11,003 nt of DNA from Octopus sinensis (lineage: Eukaryota): contig NW_021827132.1 of NCBI RefSeq assembly GCF_006345805.1, forward strand, positions 1 to 11,003, in the 5' to 3' direction. Position numbers and translations under genes: made by a program. The notes beneath the pieces were generated by a model, which saw nothing but the letters and a program-made list of their open reading frames with translations, made no database searches and was not told where the DNA came from. Positions 9,097-11,003 of this stretch are shown here, in pieces. Numbering within the stretch: position 1 is the first letter of the stretch; each line of letters opens with the position of its first letter.

Positions 9097-9100
<4 letters not shown>
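8950..9100 (+). mobile_element. Second copy of the short dispersed repeat (probable Penelope-like terminal fragment)
   Basis: Aligns with 2876-3025. The hammerhead-like core is more degenerate (ctgcggaagaacggaggctcgaaacata, 9022-9049). Confidence 0.55.
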
Positions 9101-9163
<63 letters not shown>

Positions 9164-9309
9164 AATATATATAATATATATATATCTGTGTGTGTGTGTG
9201 GTGTGTGTATGTACATATATATACAAGGTATGTATACATGTATATATATATATACATATAACATAATATATAATATAATATACTTACACACACACATACA
9301 CAATATATA
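9100..9309. repeat. (TA)n/(TG)n/(CA)n compound microsatellite
   Basis: Seen directly in the sequence. Confidence 0.92.
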
Positions 9310-9480
9310 GGCGCAGGAGTGGCCGTGTGGTAAGTAGTTTGCCTTACCAACTACATGGTTCCGGTTTCAGTCTCACACTGCGTGGCACCTTGTGCAAATG
9401 TTTTCTACTCTATAACCTCGAGCCGACCAAAGCCTTGTGAGGGATTTGGTAGACGGAAACTGAAAAAGAAGCCTGTCGTA

Positions 9481-9523
<43 letters not shown>

Positions 9524-9884
9524 TATATATATACTATATATATATATATATATAGGTTAATCCAAACGGAAAACAGAAAAAAACAACAACACGTGAACAA
9601 TTACAGTATTATTATTATTAGGCGCTCAGGAAAATGGAAGAAGGAGATATATATATATGTCTGTGCGTGTGTGTGTGTTTGTGTGTCGGTGTTTGTCCCC
9701 CAACATCACTTTACAACCGACGCTGGTGTGTTTACGTCTCCGTAACTTAGCGGTTCGGCAAAAGAGACCGATAGAATAAGTACTAGGCTTACAAGGAATA
9801 AATCCTGGGGTCCATTTATTCGACTAAGGGCCGTGCTCCAGCATGGCCGCAGTCAAATGTCTGAAACAAGTAAAAGAGTAAAAG
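9310..9884 (+). mobile_element. Full-length tRNA-derived SINE (Octopus-type) with expanded internal (TA)n and a nested fragment
   Basis: Head ggcgcaggagtggccgtgtggtaag with A-box-like TGGCCGTGTGG (9320-9330) and B-box-like GGTTTCAGTC (9363-9372). The 3' half matches 1-225 and ends in (taaaagag)-type short repeats. Confidence 0.87.
9554..9646 (-). mobile_element. Fragment nested in the SINE's internal (TA)n, related to the 2876-3025 repeat
   Basis: The reverse complement cttccattttcctgagcgcctaataat...atac resembles cttccacatttttcccgagcgccaaactaatac (2979-3011). It has (TA)n on both sides and is absent from the SINE copy at 3064. Confidence 0.5.
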
Positions 9885-9885
9885 C

Positions 9886-9931
<46 letters not shown>

Positions 9932-10180
9932 ATACATCACTTTCCCTGTATTCCATTCTTCTCTCCTTCATCTCCAACCCTGATTCTTTCCCTATCTCCA
10001 TCGGTCTCACTCTTCATCTGTGTTCCTCTCTCTTCTCTCCTTCTCTTCCCTTCTCTCCGACTTTCGCCCTCCCTGACTCTCTCCTCCCTCCCTCTCCCTC
10101 CCCCTCTCTCTCTCCTACCTGTCTTTCTGTCTCCCTCTCTCTCTCTCTCTCTATTCTACAAATTCCTTCTCTCCCTGCTC
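9886..10180. repeat. (TA)n/(TATG)n followed by a degenerate (CT)n polypyrimidine tract
   Basis: Seen directly in the sequence. Confidence 0.85.
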
Positions 10181-10404
10181 TATAATTTGAAATATTGAAA
10201 ATTGAAAGTTTTTTCATCAGATAAAATAAATCTAATTGAAAAGTTCAAACCGAAAATCCAATTTTGGCATCGATTTCCATATTCTCGTTAATTGGAACCA
10301 AACCAATAAACATTAAGAAAAATATTTTATCATAATTTTACAAATTGATTACCAATCTATTAATAATAAACTTCAGATCTAAGATTGATCACCATTAACA
10401 TGAA

Positions 10405-10772
10405 GATGATGGTGGTGGTGGTGGTGGTGGTGGTTGTGGTGATGGTGGTGGTGATGGTGGCGGTAGTATTGGTGTGGGTGACGTGGGGTGGGGTGGTGAT
10501 GATGACATGATGATGATGATGACGATGAGGCCGATGACGATGATGACGATGACGTTGATGATGATGGTGCTGTTGACGATGATAATAATGATAGCGATGA
10601 TGGTATTGATGATGATTATGACGACGGTGATGATGACGATAAGGATGATCATGATCATGCTAATGATAATGATGATGATGGAAATGATGACGATATTGAT
10701 GAAGATGAAGATGCTGCTGCTGCTGATGATCAACATGATTACAGGGACAGAGAAGAGGTTGATGAGGAAGAA
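10405..10772. repeat. Degenerate (GGT)n then (GAT)n trinucleotide repeat
   Basis: Seen directly. It produces spurious poly-Gly, poly-Met, poly-Ile and poly-Asp frames. Confidence 0.9.
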
Positions 10773-11003
10773 ATGAGGATTACATTGTTTTACACCATCT
10801 ATCCCTTTGGAATAATATCAGTGATATCTTCGAAACATGTGTCGGAAGTAAAAGTATTTGAATTATATCTGCATTAAACTCCATTTATTTATATATTATA
10901 CAAAAAGTTCCATGTAAACCCAAAGTTTCTACCTTTAAAAACAAGGAGTTACAACCTCTTTACTTGTGTGATTTTTTGCTACCCTGGTAACTATGTTCTA
11001 TTT

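Noticed and set aside
8734-10217. ORFs spanning (CA)n/(TA)n, the SINE and the CT tract
   Set aside because: Repeat-derived, with no coding signal.
10395-10776. Poly-Met (plus) and poly-Ile/Pro (minus) ORFs
   Set aside because: They are alternative frames of a (GAT)n/(GGT)n repeat.

Overview
Repeat-dense, AT-rich animal genomic DNA with no recognisable host gene. The SINE sequences and the density of (TA)n/(GA)n/(GAT)n microsatellites look like an Octopus (cephalopod) genome; this is from recall, not a search. The centre (~3686-7765, minus strand) is a non-LTR retrotransposon of the L1/Tx1 group. Its ORF2 can be followed from start to stop (APE endonuclease, reverse transcriptase with YADD, C-terminal CCHC knuckle). 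By my manual reconstruction it is split by about 13 single-base frameshifts and contains no in-frame stop. A probable ORF1 3' remnant and a ~400 bp 3' UTR are present, and both ends abut microsatellites. Around it lie three copies of a tRNA-derived SINE and a head-to-head pair of older tRNA-headed elements forming a ~70% identical inverted repeat. There is also a 29-bp perfect palindrome, two or three copies of a short repeat with a minimal hammerhead-like core (Penelope-type), and a candidate non-autonomous Helitron with internal ~142-bp subrepeats. Most ORFs in the supplied track are microsatellite artefacts or antisense shadows.
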